Virus record (IMG/VR): IMGVR_UViG_3300032218_002424
Location: 1 to 64,000 of that record
Direction: 5' to 3' (one strand)
DNA: 64,000 bases
From: a virus
Taxonomy: Duplodnaviria; Caudoviricetes
Shown here: positions 26,623-35,974 of the stretch, in pieces
Layout of the letters: each line of letters starts with the position of its first letter
How positions within the stretch are numbered: the first letter of the stretch is position 1
The notes under the pieces: model-generated
Seen by the model: the letters and a program-made list of their open reading frames with translations, nothing else
Told to the model about the DNA's origin: nothing
Database searches by the model: none
Program-made: the position numbers and the translations under genes

Positions 26623-26955
26623 ATGCCAAGTTATGACAGTTTATCTAGTCAGATCACTACTTTCAAATCAAAAGTAGATGCTCTAAGCAGCAGTACCCTT
26701 ACTGCTCAAGACCTTGTGTTTCTTGCAAAAGCAATTGAAGCAATGGGAAATCTTTTAGGGGTAAATGATATTGTCGCTGCTACTTCATCTAGCATCAATT
26801 CAATTCAGTCTTCTGGAACAGGACAAATCACTAGCGTTCAAACAGCTGGAGCTACACAAATTGCTGCAGTAAATACAGCTGGAACACAAAACATTGCTAA
26901 CTTAGCAGCACAGATTAGCAACTATACTTTATACACAAATATGGGAGTAATTTAA
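26623..26955 (+). CDS. Fibre adaptor, paralog of the N-terminus of 20165..20833
   Basis: MP...LSSQ.TTFK.KVDAL...TL.A.DL..LA.A....G..LGV.D..AAT shared. Confidence 0.75.
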   Translation: MPSYDSLSSQITTFKSKVDALSSSTLTAQDLVFLAKAIEAMGNLLGVNDIVAATSSSINSIQSSGTGQITSVQTAGATQIAAVNTAGTQNIANLAAQISNYTLYTNMGVI

Positions 26956-26956
26956 T

Positions 26957-27274
26957 ATGGCAACAGTAAGCTTACCAGCACGTTTTGCTGCAGGAACAGC
27001 AACAACCTCAGAAACAACAATTTTAACAGTTCCTGGCGGAGAATCAGATGTAGTTACTTCTGTTTGCTTCGATAACATTACAGATGCAGCTAATCAAGTA
27101 ACACTAAAGATGGCTGGAATCAATTTCGCAAAGAACCTTGATCTTGCACCAAGATCTTTAACAGTTTTAGACTTTAAGCAAGTACTTAATACAGCAGAGA
27201 CAATTACAATACAGGCATCAGTTAACTCTGGTGTTACATACTTTATCTCTGGCGTAAAGATTACAAATTCATAA
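26957..27274 (+). CDS. Small beta-sandwich virion adaptor
   Basis: P.RF...T..TVP...N.T...D.KQVL...ISGV; paralog of 31159..31518. Confidence 0.7.
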   Translation: MATVSLPARFAAGTATTSETTILTVPGGESDVVTSVCFDNITDAANQVTLKMAGINFAKNLDLAPRSLTVLDFKQVLNTAETITIQASVNSGVTYFISGVKITNS

Positions 27275-27298
27275 TTAGAAATTAGAGGAGTTTAACAA

Positions 27299-28264
27299 AT
27301 GGCTGTAGCAAATTCAACTACACAAATCTTAGTACCTGGGCTTGATAAAAGCGTACAAGATAACCTTAATACATCTTTAAATACAAACGCTACATTGTTG
27401 TCTGTTCTCGCAGCTGCAGGAAACGTTCCGCTTAAGGTTGTAAAGCCAGTAACAGTCAAGTTAGATTCAACTCAATATTGGACACGTCCAGCAAACACAG
27501 TAGGATCAGTTGATGTTATTCTCGTTGGTGGCGGTGGCGGTGGCGGACAAAGCCATTCATCACACTATGATTCAGGTGGTGGTGGCGGAGGCCAAGTTGT
27601 AAGAAGAAATATTGATATATCTTCAGTTGCACCACTTTCAACAATTCTTGTAACAATTGGTGCAGGCGGTGCAGCAGTCGGTGGTAATGGATCTGCAAAT
27701 GGGGGAACTGGTTCAGCTTCAACATTTGGTTCATTTTTAACAGCTGGTGGCGGTGGCGGAGGTGCTGGTTATGGAAACCATGCACCACAATCAGTTGGTT
27801 CTACTGGTGGTGGCGGAGGAAGATCTTCTCACTCAGCTGGTGGCGGTGGCGGTGGAGCATCAGAGGCAGGATTACAAGCAGAATGTCAATATCAAAACAG
27901 CAGTTGGTATATTAGATCAGGACATTCAACTCACACTCCTACAGGTGATGAAGGTGCATCATCTGGAGGTCAAGGACAACGTGGCGAATCATCTTCAAGC
28001 CAAACATGTTCTGGTGGAAGAGGCGGTAATGGTCTTTATGGATTTGGTGGAGGCGGTGGAGGATCAGGACATCACGCTGGTGGTCCTGGATCAAATGGTG
28101 GTGGAACTGGCGGAGCAAGCAACGGAAATCCTTATGGATCAAATGGTGCTCAAGGAGTTGATGGATCAGGTGGCGGTGGCGGAGGCTGCGATAATGGTGC
28201 AACATCAGGACGTGGTGGAAACGGCACTTGCGTCATTACATATTGGTTAAAGGAGAATGCATAA
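27299..28264 (+). CDS. Glycine-rich (polyglycine II sandwich-type) adhesin, copy 1
   Basis: WT.P...V.V.LVGGGGGGG...VTIGAGG...STFG...G.GGNG.CVI.Y. Confidence 0.8.
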   Translation: MAVANSTTQILVPGLDKSVQDNLNTSLNTNATLLSVLAAAGNVPLKVVKPVTVKLDSTQYWTRPANTVGSVDVILVGGGGGGGQSHSSHYDSGGGGGGQVVRRNIDISSVAPLSTILVTIGAGGAAVGGNGSANGGTGSASTFGSFLTAGGGGGGAGYGNHAPQSVGSTGGGGGRSSHSAGGGGGGASEAGLQAECQYQNSSWYIRSGHSTHTPTGDEGASSGGQGQRGESSSSQTCSGGRGGNGLYGFGGGGGGSGHHAGGPGSNGGGTGGASNGNPYGSNGAQGVDGSGGGGGGCDNGATSGRGGNGTCVITYWLKENA

Positions 28265-28593
28265 TGTCATTTAGCAGAGTAGCAGCAATTAAAAATAAAA
28301 AAGTTGAAAATGTAATTATCCTTAGTTCAGAAAATTATGATGAGACTTTAGAGATGTTAAAGAAAGATATGCCAGACGTAGAACTTGTCAATGCTGATGA
28401 TTTTGAACATGAAACATTTAGTAATGTTAGTGCTGGCTGGGATTATATTGATGGTAAGTTTATTGCACCAGTATCAGATATAAAGCCTACAGATGAAGAA
28501 ATTGCAGCAGCTATTGCAATGCTTCAAAAAGATAAAGAAGAGGGCAATTTTGTAGGACAAAACCCTCCAGAAATTCCAGGAGGAACAAACTAA
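28264..28593 (+). CDS. Acidic putative adhesin chaperone
   Basis: A.I....VENVI...GW.Y.DG.F..P; TAATG overlap. Confidence 0.65.
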   Translation: MSFSRVAAIKNKKVENVIILSSENYDETLEMLKKDMPDVELVNADDFEHETFSNVSAGWDYIDGKFIAPVSDIKPTDEEIAAAIAMLQKDKEEGNFVGQNPPEIPGGTN

Positions 28594-29030
28594 TGCCAAT
28601 TACATCTATTCCGCAAACAGTAAGCCCAGCACTTTGGACTTATACTTATTTGCAAGCACCAATTAATGGTCAAGGATATACATATTTTAATATCCCATCA
28701 GCAGTACAAGCACTTGGAAATATTGCAGCAAGCGGTACAGCAACATGTGATATTTCTTCATACAATGTGTTTGCTATGACAGTACTTGGAAATGCAACAA
28801 TCGCATTTTCAAATATTCCTTCAACAGCTAAAGCAGCATTTTGGCAAGTTGAAATTAAGTCTGGTGGAACATATTCTATTACATGGCCTTCAGCAGTTAA
28901 GTGGGATGGCGGTGGAGCTTCAAACGTAGCACCACTTCTTTCTACAAATACAACAGTATTAAATTTTTACACCCGTGATGGTGGAGTTACTATTTATGGT
29001 GCTTACGCTTTCGCAGACTTGAACGTATAA
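28593..29030 (+). CDS. Fibre tip/adaptor protein, paralog of 20833..21225
   Basis: ITWPSAVKW.GG...P.L.....LNFYTRDGG...YG. Confidence 0.7.
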   Translation: MPITSIPQTVSPALWTYTYLQAPINGQGYTYFNIPSAVQALGNIAASGTATCDISSYNVFAMTVLGNATIAFSNIPSTAKAAFWQVEIKSGGTYSITWPSAVKWDGGGASNVAPLLSTNTTVLNFYTRDGGVTIYGAYAFADLNV

Positions 29031-29043
29031 GGAGAAACATTAA

Positions 29044-30015
29044 ATGGCAGTTAGTACAACAACAACGCAATATGTCTTGCCAGGAATTGATACAACTATG
29101 CAAAATAATATGCAGGTTGCATTAAACTCAAACTCTACACTGGCATCTGTTCTTGCAACAACTGGTGCAATTGCAAGCAAGGTGTTAAGACCAGTAACTG
29201 TCAAATTTAATGCAACTGGAAACTGGACACGTCCAGCAAATACTACTTCTTCTGTTGAAGTTCTAGCAGTTGGAGGAGGCGGCGGAGGCGGAGGTTCTCA
29301 CAACTCTGGTCATGCTGGAGGAGGAGGCGGCGGAGGACAAGTAGTTCGTCGTTTTGTTGATATTTCTTCTGTTGCTGTTGGTCAAAACATTGTTGTTACT
29401 ATTGGAGCAGGCGGAGGTTCAGTTTCAGGAAATACTAATACAAATGGTGGAAATGGTGGAAACACAACATTTGGTTCTTTTGTAACTGCATACGGTGGAG
29501 GCGGTGGAGGTTCATATGGAACCCACTCACCAGCATCACCAGGTGGTTCTTGCGGTGGCGGTGGCGGACAGTCAACTCACTCTGGAGGCGGCGGAGGCGG
29601 CGGAGCTGGAGGAGCTGGACAAAATGGTAAATGCTTCTCACAAAACAACGGTTGGTATATTTATCCAGGATACTCTTCACATGTTCCTTCACAGTCAGAA
29701 GGTGCTTCTGGTGGAGGATATGGAATGTATAAAGGATCTTCTTCAGATCAAAACTGCATGGGCGGTAATGGAGGAATGGGATTATATGGATTTGGCGGCG
29801 GCGGCGGAGGTGGTGGAGACCATGGTTCTGGGTCTGGATCAGCTGGAGGAGGACTTGGTGGAAATAGAGTTAACTATTCTCCATATGGAACTTCTGGATC
29901 TCAAGGAGTAGATGGCACTGGCGGAGGCGGCGGTGGAGCACAAGAAGGTGCAACATCAGGTCGTGGCGGTAATGGTACCTGTTTAATTACATACTATGTA
30001 AAAGAGACGGCGTAA
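29044..30015 (+). CDS. Glycine-rich adhesin, copy 2
   Basis: Colinear paralog of 27299..28264. Confidence 0.8.
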   Translation: MAVSTTTTQYVLPGIDTTMQNNMQVALNSNSTLASVLATTGAIASKVLRPVTVKFNATGNWTRPANTTSSVEVLAVGGGGGGGGSHNSGHAGGGGGGGQVVRRFVDISSVAVGQNIVVTIGAGGGSVSGNTNTNGGNGGNTTFGSFVTAYGGGGGGSYGTHSPASPGGSCGGGGGQSTHSGGGGGGGAGGAGQNGKCFSQNNGWYIYPGYSSHVPSQSEGASGGGYGMYKGSSSDQNCMGGNGGMGLYGFGGGGGGGGDHGSGSGSAGGGLGGNRVNYSPYGTSGSQGVDGTGGGGGGAQEGATSGRGGNGTCLITYYVKETA

Positions 30016-30016
30016 C

Positions 30017-30421
30017 ATGTACGCCGTAATCGAAGACAATAAAATTGTCGCATACGGCACTGTAGAGCAAATACTAAATGTATCTATTGGTGAAAACGGA
30101 TTAGAAGAAGTAATCAAACAAAACAACCTTTTAGAAGTTGTTACAACTTTAAAGCATGATTCTGATATAGAAAAACTTGTTTTTACAGAACCATACATTA
30201 AAGATAAAAAAGTTTATTCAGTAAAAAAAGAAAAACTTTCTAAAGAAGAAATCAAGTCAAATATTGAAGCACATGTTGATTTTGAACTTCTATCAATGGA
30301 AGGAAGAAAAGACAAGGTTGCAAAAGATTATGTTAAGGCCTTGCAGACTATTAAAGCTCAGGCAGAAACTTTCTCAACGATTGAATGGCCAACCAAGCCA
30401 TTGGAGGATAAAGCAGAATAA
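30017..30421 (+). CDS. Putative fibre assembly chaperone
   Basis: MYA.I....IV start and I.WP.KP end; highly charged. Confidence 0.65.
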   Translation: MYAVIEDNKIVAYGTVEQILNVSIGENGLEEVIKQNNLLEVVTTLKHDSDIEKLVFTEPYIKDKKVYSVKKEKLSKEEIKSNIEAHVDFELLSMEGRKDKVAKDYVKALQTIKAQAETFSTIEWPTKPLEDKAE

Positions 30422-31149
30422 TGTTAGGTAATCAACGTTCTATTTTTAAAAGAAATCGTTTTACGCAAACTGGTTTACAACTTTGGGTAGATGCCGCTCT
30501 TCCAGGAACTGTTACAAAAGATGGTTCAAATAAAGTTTCTTTATGGAAAGACAAAACTCTTAATGCTAGAAACTTTACTCAAGTAACACCAGCACAACAG
30601 CCAACCTATTTGGCAACTGGTATTAATGGTTTGGGTGCAGTCTATTTTGATGGTGCAGCATTTAATATGCCTTTCTCAGACCAGACTCTTGCATATATTG
30701 CGGGTAGTTCATTTACAATCGCTTTTGTTGCTACAAAAACAGCGGGATCAGCAAATCAATTTGTAATTGGTGGACAGGGAACAGGAACAAGAAATAATCT
30801 TACCCTTGGTTATGTATCTTCAAATACATTTAAATTTGGTCTTGGAAATGATGACATGAACTCTATTGTTAACGTAGTTAATGCAGGTGTTCCAGAACTT
30901 TATGTTATGACATTTGACGGAACAAGCTTTGCTAGAAAAACTCGTAGAAATGCAGTTGACGTAGCAATTGGAGCCGCATCAGGAACTTTGTCTGGAATGT
31001 CAGGACAGGCATTAGGAAAGTACCTTTCAGCATTTGGTAGCTTTGCACTAGGAGAATTGTTAATCTATAACAGAGTTTTGACTGCATCACAAATCACGGG
31101 ATTAGAACGTGATATGATGTCTAAGTGGTCAATTGCATATGGAAGCTAA
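30421..31149 (+). CDS. LamG/concanavalin-A-like lectin-fold virion protein
   Basis: GLQLWVDA...VS.W.DK...QPTY....ING...V.FDG...GE.LIYNR.L...KW. Confidence 0.8.
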   Translation: MLGNQRSIFKRNRFTQTGLQLWVDAALPGTVTKDGSNKVSLWKDKTLNARNFTQVTPAQQPTYLATGINGLGAVYFDGAAFNMPFSDQTLAYIAGSSFTIAFVATKTAGSANQFVIGGQGTGTRNNLTLGYVSSNTFKFGLGNDDMNSIVNVVNAGVPELYVMTFDGTSFARKTRRNAVDVAIGAASGTLSGMSGQALGKYLSAFGSFALGELLIYNRVLTASQITGLERDMMSKWSIAYGS

Positions 31150-31158
31150 GGAAACTAA

Positions 31159-31518
31159 GTGGCAACTACAGCAACAACTTATGTCCCAGTAAGATTTGGT
31201 GATCCAACTACATTAACAGCAAATCCTGTAAATGTATACACATTTGATCAAGTATCAATATTAAAGCAATTACTAGTTAGTAACGTATTTAATGGACTAC
31301 TTACATTTTCTATGTATTTGGTTCCAGCAGGAATGACACTTCAAGATAAATATAAAATTTTTGGTGACGTACAGGTTGATGGAAATACAGTGCTTACAAT
31401 TGATTTAAATCAAGTTACATATCCAGGAGAACAATTGTACGCATCTGCTAACGTAGCAAATGGACTTAACTTTATTATTTCTGGAGTGGAAATATTTAAC
31501 CCACCATTTGTAGAGTAA
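31159..31518 (+). CDS. Small beta-sandwich virion adaptor, paralog of 26957..27274
   Basis: P.RF...KQ..VSN...DLNQV...ISGVE. Confidence 0.7.
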   Translation: MATTATTYVPVRFGDPTTLTANPVNVYTFDQVSILKQLLVSNVFNGLLTFSMYLVPAGMTLQDKYKIFGDVQVDGNTVLTIDLNQVTYPGEQLYASANVANGLNFIISGVEIFNPPFVE

Positions 31519-31532
31519 GTTAGGAGTGCCAT

Positions 31533-33821
31533 ATGGCGTATAAACAATATGGAAAAGTTCTTAATACTCTAAACATCAAAGCAAAAAATGTTTTTAATTG
31601 GAATCAAAACTATAATAATAATTATGGTCAAATAAACTTAAATCATAAAGATGCACATAGCTATATTAATAGAAAATTAATTAGAGTTGCTACACAAAAT
31701 TCTTTGTTGGGATATGTTCCTTCTGTTAAAAATATTGATTATAATACTGCATCTTTAATTTTAAGAAATTCTGGCTTTACTCCAGATCCAGTTTATTCTT
31801 ATACAAATTCAATATACTTTCAATCATATAATGCATCTGGAGGATATGTTACTGCACAATCTCCAGCACCTTCAGCATCATCAGGAACTCTTCTTCAGTT
31901 TGGTTCAAGCGTAAGACTTGATGTACTTTTATATACAGCAACTCCCATTGATACAAGCACAGTTCCAAATGCACCGTTCTGGAGTAATGCTTCATCAGCA
32001 GACTCTTCTGTCATTCTTACATTTTTAACACCTTCAAATAACGGATCTGCAATAACAAGATATGAATATTCTATAACAAACGGAGCTTCTTGGATATCAG
32101 TTGGTTTACCAAGCAATAATACATTTACTGTTTCTGGATTAACAAATAATGTTTCTTACACTTTTTACATAAGAGCTGTAAATGCAAAAGGAAATTCTGC
32201 TTCATCTGCTGGAGTAACTAAATCTCCAACTAGTGGATCAAGTGGTGGAACAATAACAATTCCAGGTGCACCAACATTTACAATTTCATTTATTACAAAC
32301 ACTGGATTTAGAATCAATCTTACTCCGCCAACAAATAATGGTGGTGCAGATATTATAAGATATCAGCATACCATAGACGGAGGAACTACTTGGACAAATG
32401 ATTTTACAAACACTGGACCAATTACAGTTTCTGCACTTACCCCAGGACAAACTTATCAAGTTTCTATTAGAGCGGTAAACTCTGTTGGATCAGGACAAGC
32501 TGCTGTAACTCAACCTACGACAACAACCAAAATTGTTCCAGATGTAACTGGAATTGCTTTAAATACAGCAAAAACAATTATTACTTCAAATGGATATGTT
32601 TATGGAGATGGAACAGTAAGTGCTTCAAATAACCAGTTTTATTTAAATTATTCTGGAGGATACACTAGTGCTCAGTCTCCAGTTGCTGGATCAACATTAA
32701 CTGGAGGATCAACAATTCGTGTTGACTACACAACATATTTGGCAGCACCTTCATATGGAACAGTTCCAAATGTTATTGGGTTATCTTACTCAAATGCTAT
32801 TTCTCAAATACAGCAGGCTGGATATTCTAATATTACTCAAGTAACACAATCTGATCCTACAAAAAATTATGGAATTGTATATGCTCAAAATCCATCTGCT
32901 GGTACAGCATCACTTGTTAATACAGTTATTTCAATTACATATTCAGACTTTACTGGAACATTGCAGGCTCCAACAAATAGAACTCTTCCTTCAATAACAT
33001 ATGATAATCTTTATATTGGTTCTGTATTTAATTTAAATCCAGGACAATGGACAGACTCTCCAACATCTTATACTTATCAATGGTATGACTCTAATGGAAA
33101 TAACTTTTTAAATGCTACAGGTTCAACTTTTACTGCAAATGCAACAGCAGTTTCTAGATCTGTTACAGCTAAGGTTACAGCTACAAATGCTGCTGGTTCT
33201 TCTGTTGCAACACCTGTTGGAACTTCATATGGACCAATTAAAAATTTAGTAAAGCCATCAGAAATTGGATATGGAATTACAAATCCAAGAGCTGCAAATT
33301 CAATTATTATTAAATGGTCTGGTGGAGATTCACCATTTTATTTTGTTGGAATTTACAAAGCTGGAACAAGTTCTTATGTTGCTACAAAAATTACTAATCA
33401 GGAAACAACGACATTTACTGGTTTAGATTCGGCATCAAATTACTTTGTTCAAATATTTGGAAATAATAATTCAGAATATACAAATGACTCAACTACAAGT
33501 TCAGTATTGTCAACATTTTTTTCAGCTGCACCAAGTACACCAGTTTTAAATTCTGCAACAAAGTCTGGAAATATAATAAACTTTTCTGCAACTAGAGGGT
33601 CTAATGATGCAAGAATAAGAATTCAATTAGAAAATTTAGATGGATCCCTTGCTACTGGTGCAGGTTATATAGATTATGGATTTGATTTAACTCAGGGAAC
33701 AGTTTCTGGATCATATTCAATTAACGGTATATCTTCTGGAACCTACAAACTTGCAGCTTATGGGTATAATGAAGATTACGGAATTGAAACTACTGGATCA
33801 AAAGTTCAGATTAGTATATAA
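31533..33821 (+). CDS. Multidomain virion protein: 3 PASTA-like, fibronectin type III and Ig-like domains
   Basis: VP.V.G/N.....A...L/I...G.....AQ.P..G x3; P.AP...F..P..NG...I..Y.YS...GL...Y...RAVN..G x2; PTN..LP.I...G.W...P.SY.YQW. Confidence 0.8.
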   Translation: MAYKQYGKVLNTLNIKAKNVFNWNQNYNNNYGQINLNHKDAHSYINRKLIRVATQNSLLGYVPSVKNIDYNTASLILRNSGFTPDPVYSYTNSIYFQSYNASGGYVTAQSPAPSASSGTLLQFGSSVRLDVLLYTATPIDTSTVPNAPFWSNASSADSSVILTFLTPSNNGSAITRYEYSITNGASWISVGLPSNNTFTVSGLTNNVSYTFYIRAVNAKGNSASSAGVTKSPTSGSSGGTITIPGAPTFTISFITNTGFRINLTPPTNNGGADIIRYQHTIDGGTTWTNDFTNTGPITVSALTPGQTYQVSIRAVNSVGSGQAAVTQPTTTTKIVPDVTGIALNTAKTIITSNGYVYGDGTVSASNNQFYLNYSGGYTSAQSPVAGSTLTGGSTIRVDYTTYLAAPSYGTVPNVIGLSYSNAISQIQQAGYSNITQVTQSDPTKNYGIVYAQNPSAGTASLVNTVISITYSDFTGTLQAPTNRTLPSITYDNLYIGSVFNLNPGQWTDSPTSYTYQWYDSNGNNFLNATGSTFTANATAVSRSVTAKVTATNAAGSSVATPVGTSYGPIKNLVKPSEIGYGITNPRAANSIIIKWSGGDSPFYFVGIYKAGTSSYVATKITNQETTTFTGLDSASNYFVQIFGNNNSEYTNDSTTSSVLSTFFSAAPSTPVLNSATKSGNIINFSATRGSNDARIRIQLENLDGSLATGAGYIDYGFDLTQGTVSGSYSINGISSGTYKLAAYGYNEDYGIETTGSKVQISI

Positions 33822-33830
33822 TGGATAATA

Positions 33831-35579
33831 ATGTCTTACTACCTTAAAATTATAAAAGATAATCCAATAGCATTTTTGCCATTGGATGAGTCTACATTTA
33901 CCACCGCATATGATATTTCTGGATGCGGAAATAATGGAACTTACAATGGATCATTTTCAAACAAAATTATGCCTTTGGTTTATGGGGGATCAAACTCTAT
34001 TTTAATTACTGATACTTCATATGTGACATATTCAACAACAAAAGATTTTTATTCATTAACTGCTAAAGGCGGTTTAGCAACAAAAGACTACTCCGATAAT
34101 GATTTTGCTTTAGAAATATGGTTTAAACAAAATATTTTAACTCAAGATTTAAATCCAATCTTAGCTGATTCTACAAATCAAGTAGGACTATTTTATCAAA
34201 ATGGAAATATTATTTTTAAGATTCCAGGACAATCTTTAGTATATAAATTATCTTTTTCAAATAAAGCAATGCATATTGTGGCAAATTATAGTATTTATGC
34301 TATGGAACTTTATATTGATGGGTCGTTGGTAAAAGCTCAACAACTATCTCAGTATTCATTTACCAACTCTTCAGTATCTTTTGCTTCTGGACCATCTCAA
34401 TCTGGCAATTCATTTATTATTGATGCCCCAGCAATTTACAGAAAAGCATTAAATAAAGAACAAGTGACAAATCATTTTTATGCTGGAGTAGAACATACAA
34501 ACCCTTCTCAAATTGTTTCTCCAGATAAAGGTATATTGTTCCCATTGCATGGTGGTAATTTAGCACCAGTATTCAAATATGAATATCAAACTGAAAAACA
34601 ATGGAAGAGAATTTTAAATGATACTGTTTATTATGATTCCACATACGGATACGTTTCCTTTGTTCAAACATCAGATGTTCAATCAAAAACATTTGTTGGT
34701 CAAGATATTATTAATATTCCATCAACACTTTCAATAGACTCTTCTAAAATTGAATGGCGGGCGGATAAAGGAATTACAGTTGAAACAAGTATAGACGGAA
34801 CAACATATGTGCAATGTACAAATGGATCAGCTCTTCCACAATTCAGTAAAGAAACATCAATAACTACAAATATTTTATATGTTAGAATAACAATGACATC
34901 CTCAGACACATCCACAGATCTTCCTAGACTATCTGGATTTAAAATTTATTTTTATGCTAATAAAGATTTGTATGCACAAAATTACGGATACTTTGCAACC
35001 TCTACAAAAGAATATGATTTATCTTTATTTAATTATCCAGTATTGCTAAGACATCCAAATGTTGGATTAAAAACAGTAGGCACAGGCGGATTTGATATTG
35101 CCGTAGATCAAGAAATTAAAACAATTGAGCTTATGTTTACTCCATCAACTACAGCAAATAATATTTTGTTTTATTCTACAGCAAATGGCTCTTATCCAGA
35201 AACAAAATTGGGGTGGAATGGAACGGGTACATTAAAGTCCAATATTTCTAAGGTATATATTAATGGAGTAGATAAAACATCTGCAAATATTAAAAATGAA
35301 CTAGTTGCTGGACAACCTCATTATATTGTTTTAGTTTTAACGGAACCGATTAAAAATACTCTACAATTTAACTATTTATCTTCATCTAATTATGGACCAG
35401 CCTGCAATTATCATAATTTGGCTATTTATTTATATGAATTAACCTCAACCCAAGTAAATACTCATTACAACCTTTATGTAGGAAAGCCTTCAACATCAGT
35501 ATCAGATTCGTCATTCTCCTTGACAGAATCATCCACAAACTACTATAATAATCAGTGGTTAGTGGTTTCCAGTGCATAA
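33831..35579 (+). CDS. LamG-domain minor virion protein
   Basis: SY...I..DNP..F.PLDE...D.SG.GN.GTY; FALEIWF; IDAPAIYR.AL. Confidence 0.8.
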   Translation: MSYYLKIIKDNPIAFLPLDESTFTTAYDISGCGNNGTYNGSFSNKIMPLVYGGSNSILITDTSYVTYSTTKDFYSLTAKGGLATKDYSDNDFALEIWFKQNILTQDLNPILADSTNQVGLFYQNGNIIFKIPGQSLVYKLSFSNKAMHIVANYSIYAMELYIDGSLVKAQQLSQYSFTNSSVSFASGPSQSGNSFIIDAPAIYRKALNKEQVTNHFYAGVEHTNPSQIVSPDKGILFPLHGGNLAPVFKYEYQTEKQWKRILNDTVYYDSTYGYVSFVQTSDVQSKTFVGQDIINIPSTLSIDSSKIEWRADKGITVETSIDGTTYVQCTNGSALPQFSKETSITTNILYVRITMTSSDTSTDLPRLSGFKIYFYANKDLYAQNYGYFATSTKEYDLSLFNYPVLLRHPNVGLKTVGTGGFDIAVDQEIKTIELMFTPSTTANNILFYSTANGSYPETKLGWNGTGTLKSNISKVYINGVDKTSANIKNELVAGQPHYIVLVLTEPIKNTLQFNYLSSSNYGPACNYHNLAIYLYELTSTQVNTHYNLYVGKPSTSVSDSSFSLTESSTNYYNNQWLVVSSA

Positions 35580-35603
35580 TTTGTCACACAGCCTGACAAA
35601 ATC

Positions 35604-35632
35604 TGGACTTATACACCACGAAATGGTAAAAT
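35604..35632 (+). promoter_or_regulatory. Promoter TGGACT-N17-TAAAAT with extended TG, leaderless start at 35639; preceded by inverted repeat TTTGTCA-N7-TGACAAA (35580-35600)
   Basis: Spacing; -10 box 6 nt before the ATG. Confidence 0.6.
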
Positions 35633-35638
35633 AAACTA

Positions 35639-35974
35639 ATGGATATCAAAAGACTTAATTCTGAATTTATCGAAGAGACAACCCTAGGACTTTATGTTTG
35701 GGAAATGCCAGACGGAAGATGGGTGGGAGATGATGAAGGAAACTTCATGACAATCCAAGCATTCAAAGGCGATAAGACCAAAATGGATATGCTTGCGACG
35801 GCGGTAAGAGGATATGGAATTTACGAAGGTAAACCAACGTTCTTGTCAGGAAGAAGAAAAGTTACAGATGAAGAATTCGAAGAACAGCAATCAAGATTAA
35901 AATGGGGCCTTGTTCCAGATCCATATGACATGGGTGTATACAAGGAAAATAAGGCGAAGGGTCTAATCGTATGA
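35639..35974 (+). CDS. Hypothetical protein preceding the portal
   Basis: GLYVWEMPDG...DDEGNF...GL.PD; ATGA overlap with the portal. Confidence 0.8.
   Translation: MDIKRLNSEFIEETTLGLYVWEMPDGRWVGDDEGNFMTIQAFKGDKTKMDMLATAVRGYGIYEGKPTFLSGRRKVTDEEFEEQQSRLKWGLVPDPYDMGVYKENKAKGLIV

Noticed and set aside
27299-30015. Paralogous Gly-rich genes as the TR/VR pair of a diversity-generating retroelement
   Set aside because: Both are full genes, differences are not adenine-specific, and no reverse transcriptase is in the window
33831-35974. Terminase upstream of the portal
   Set aside because: No Walker A/B or nuclease motifs; these are a LamG protein and a small hypothetical, so the terminase must lie outside the window
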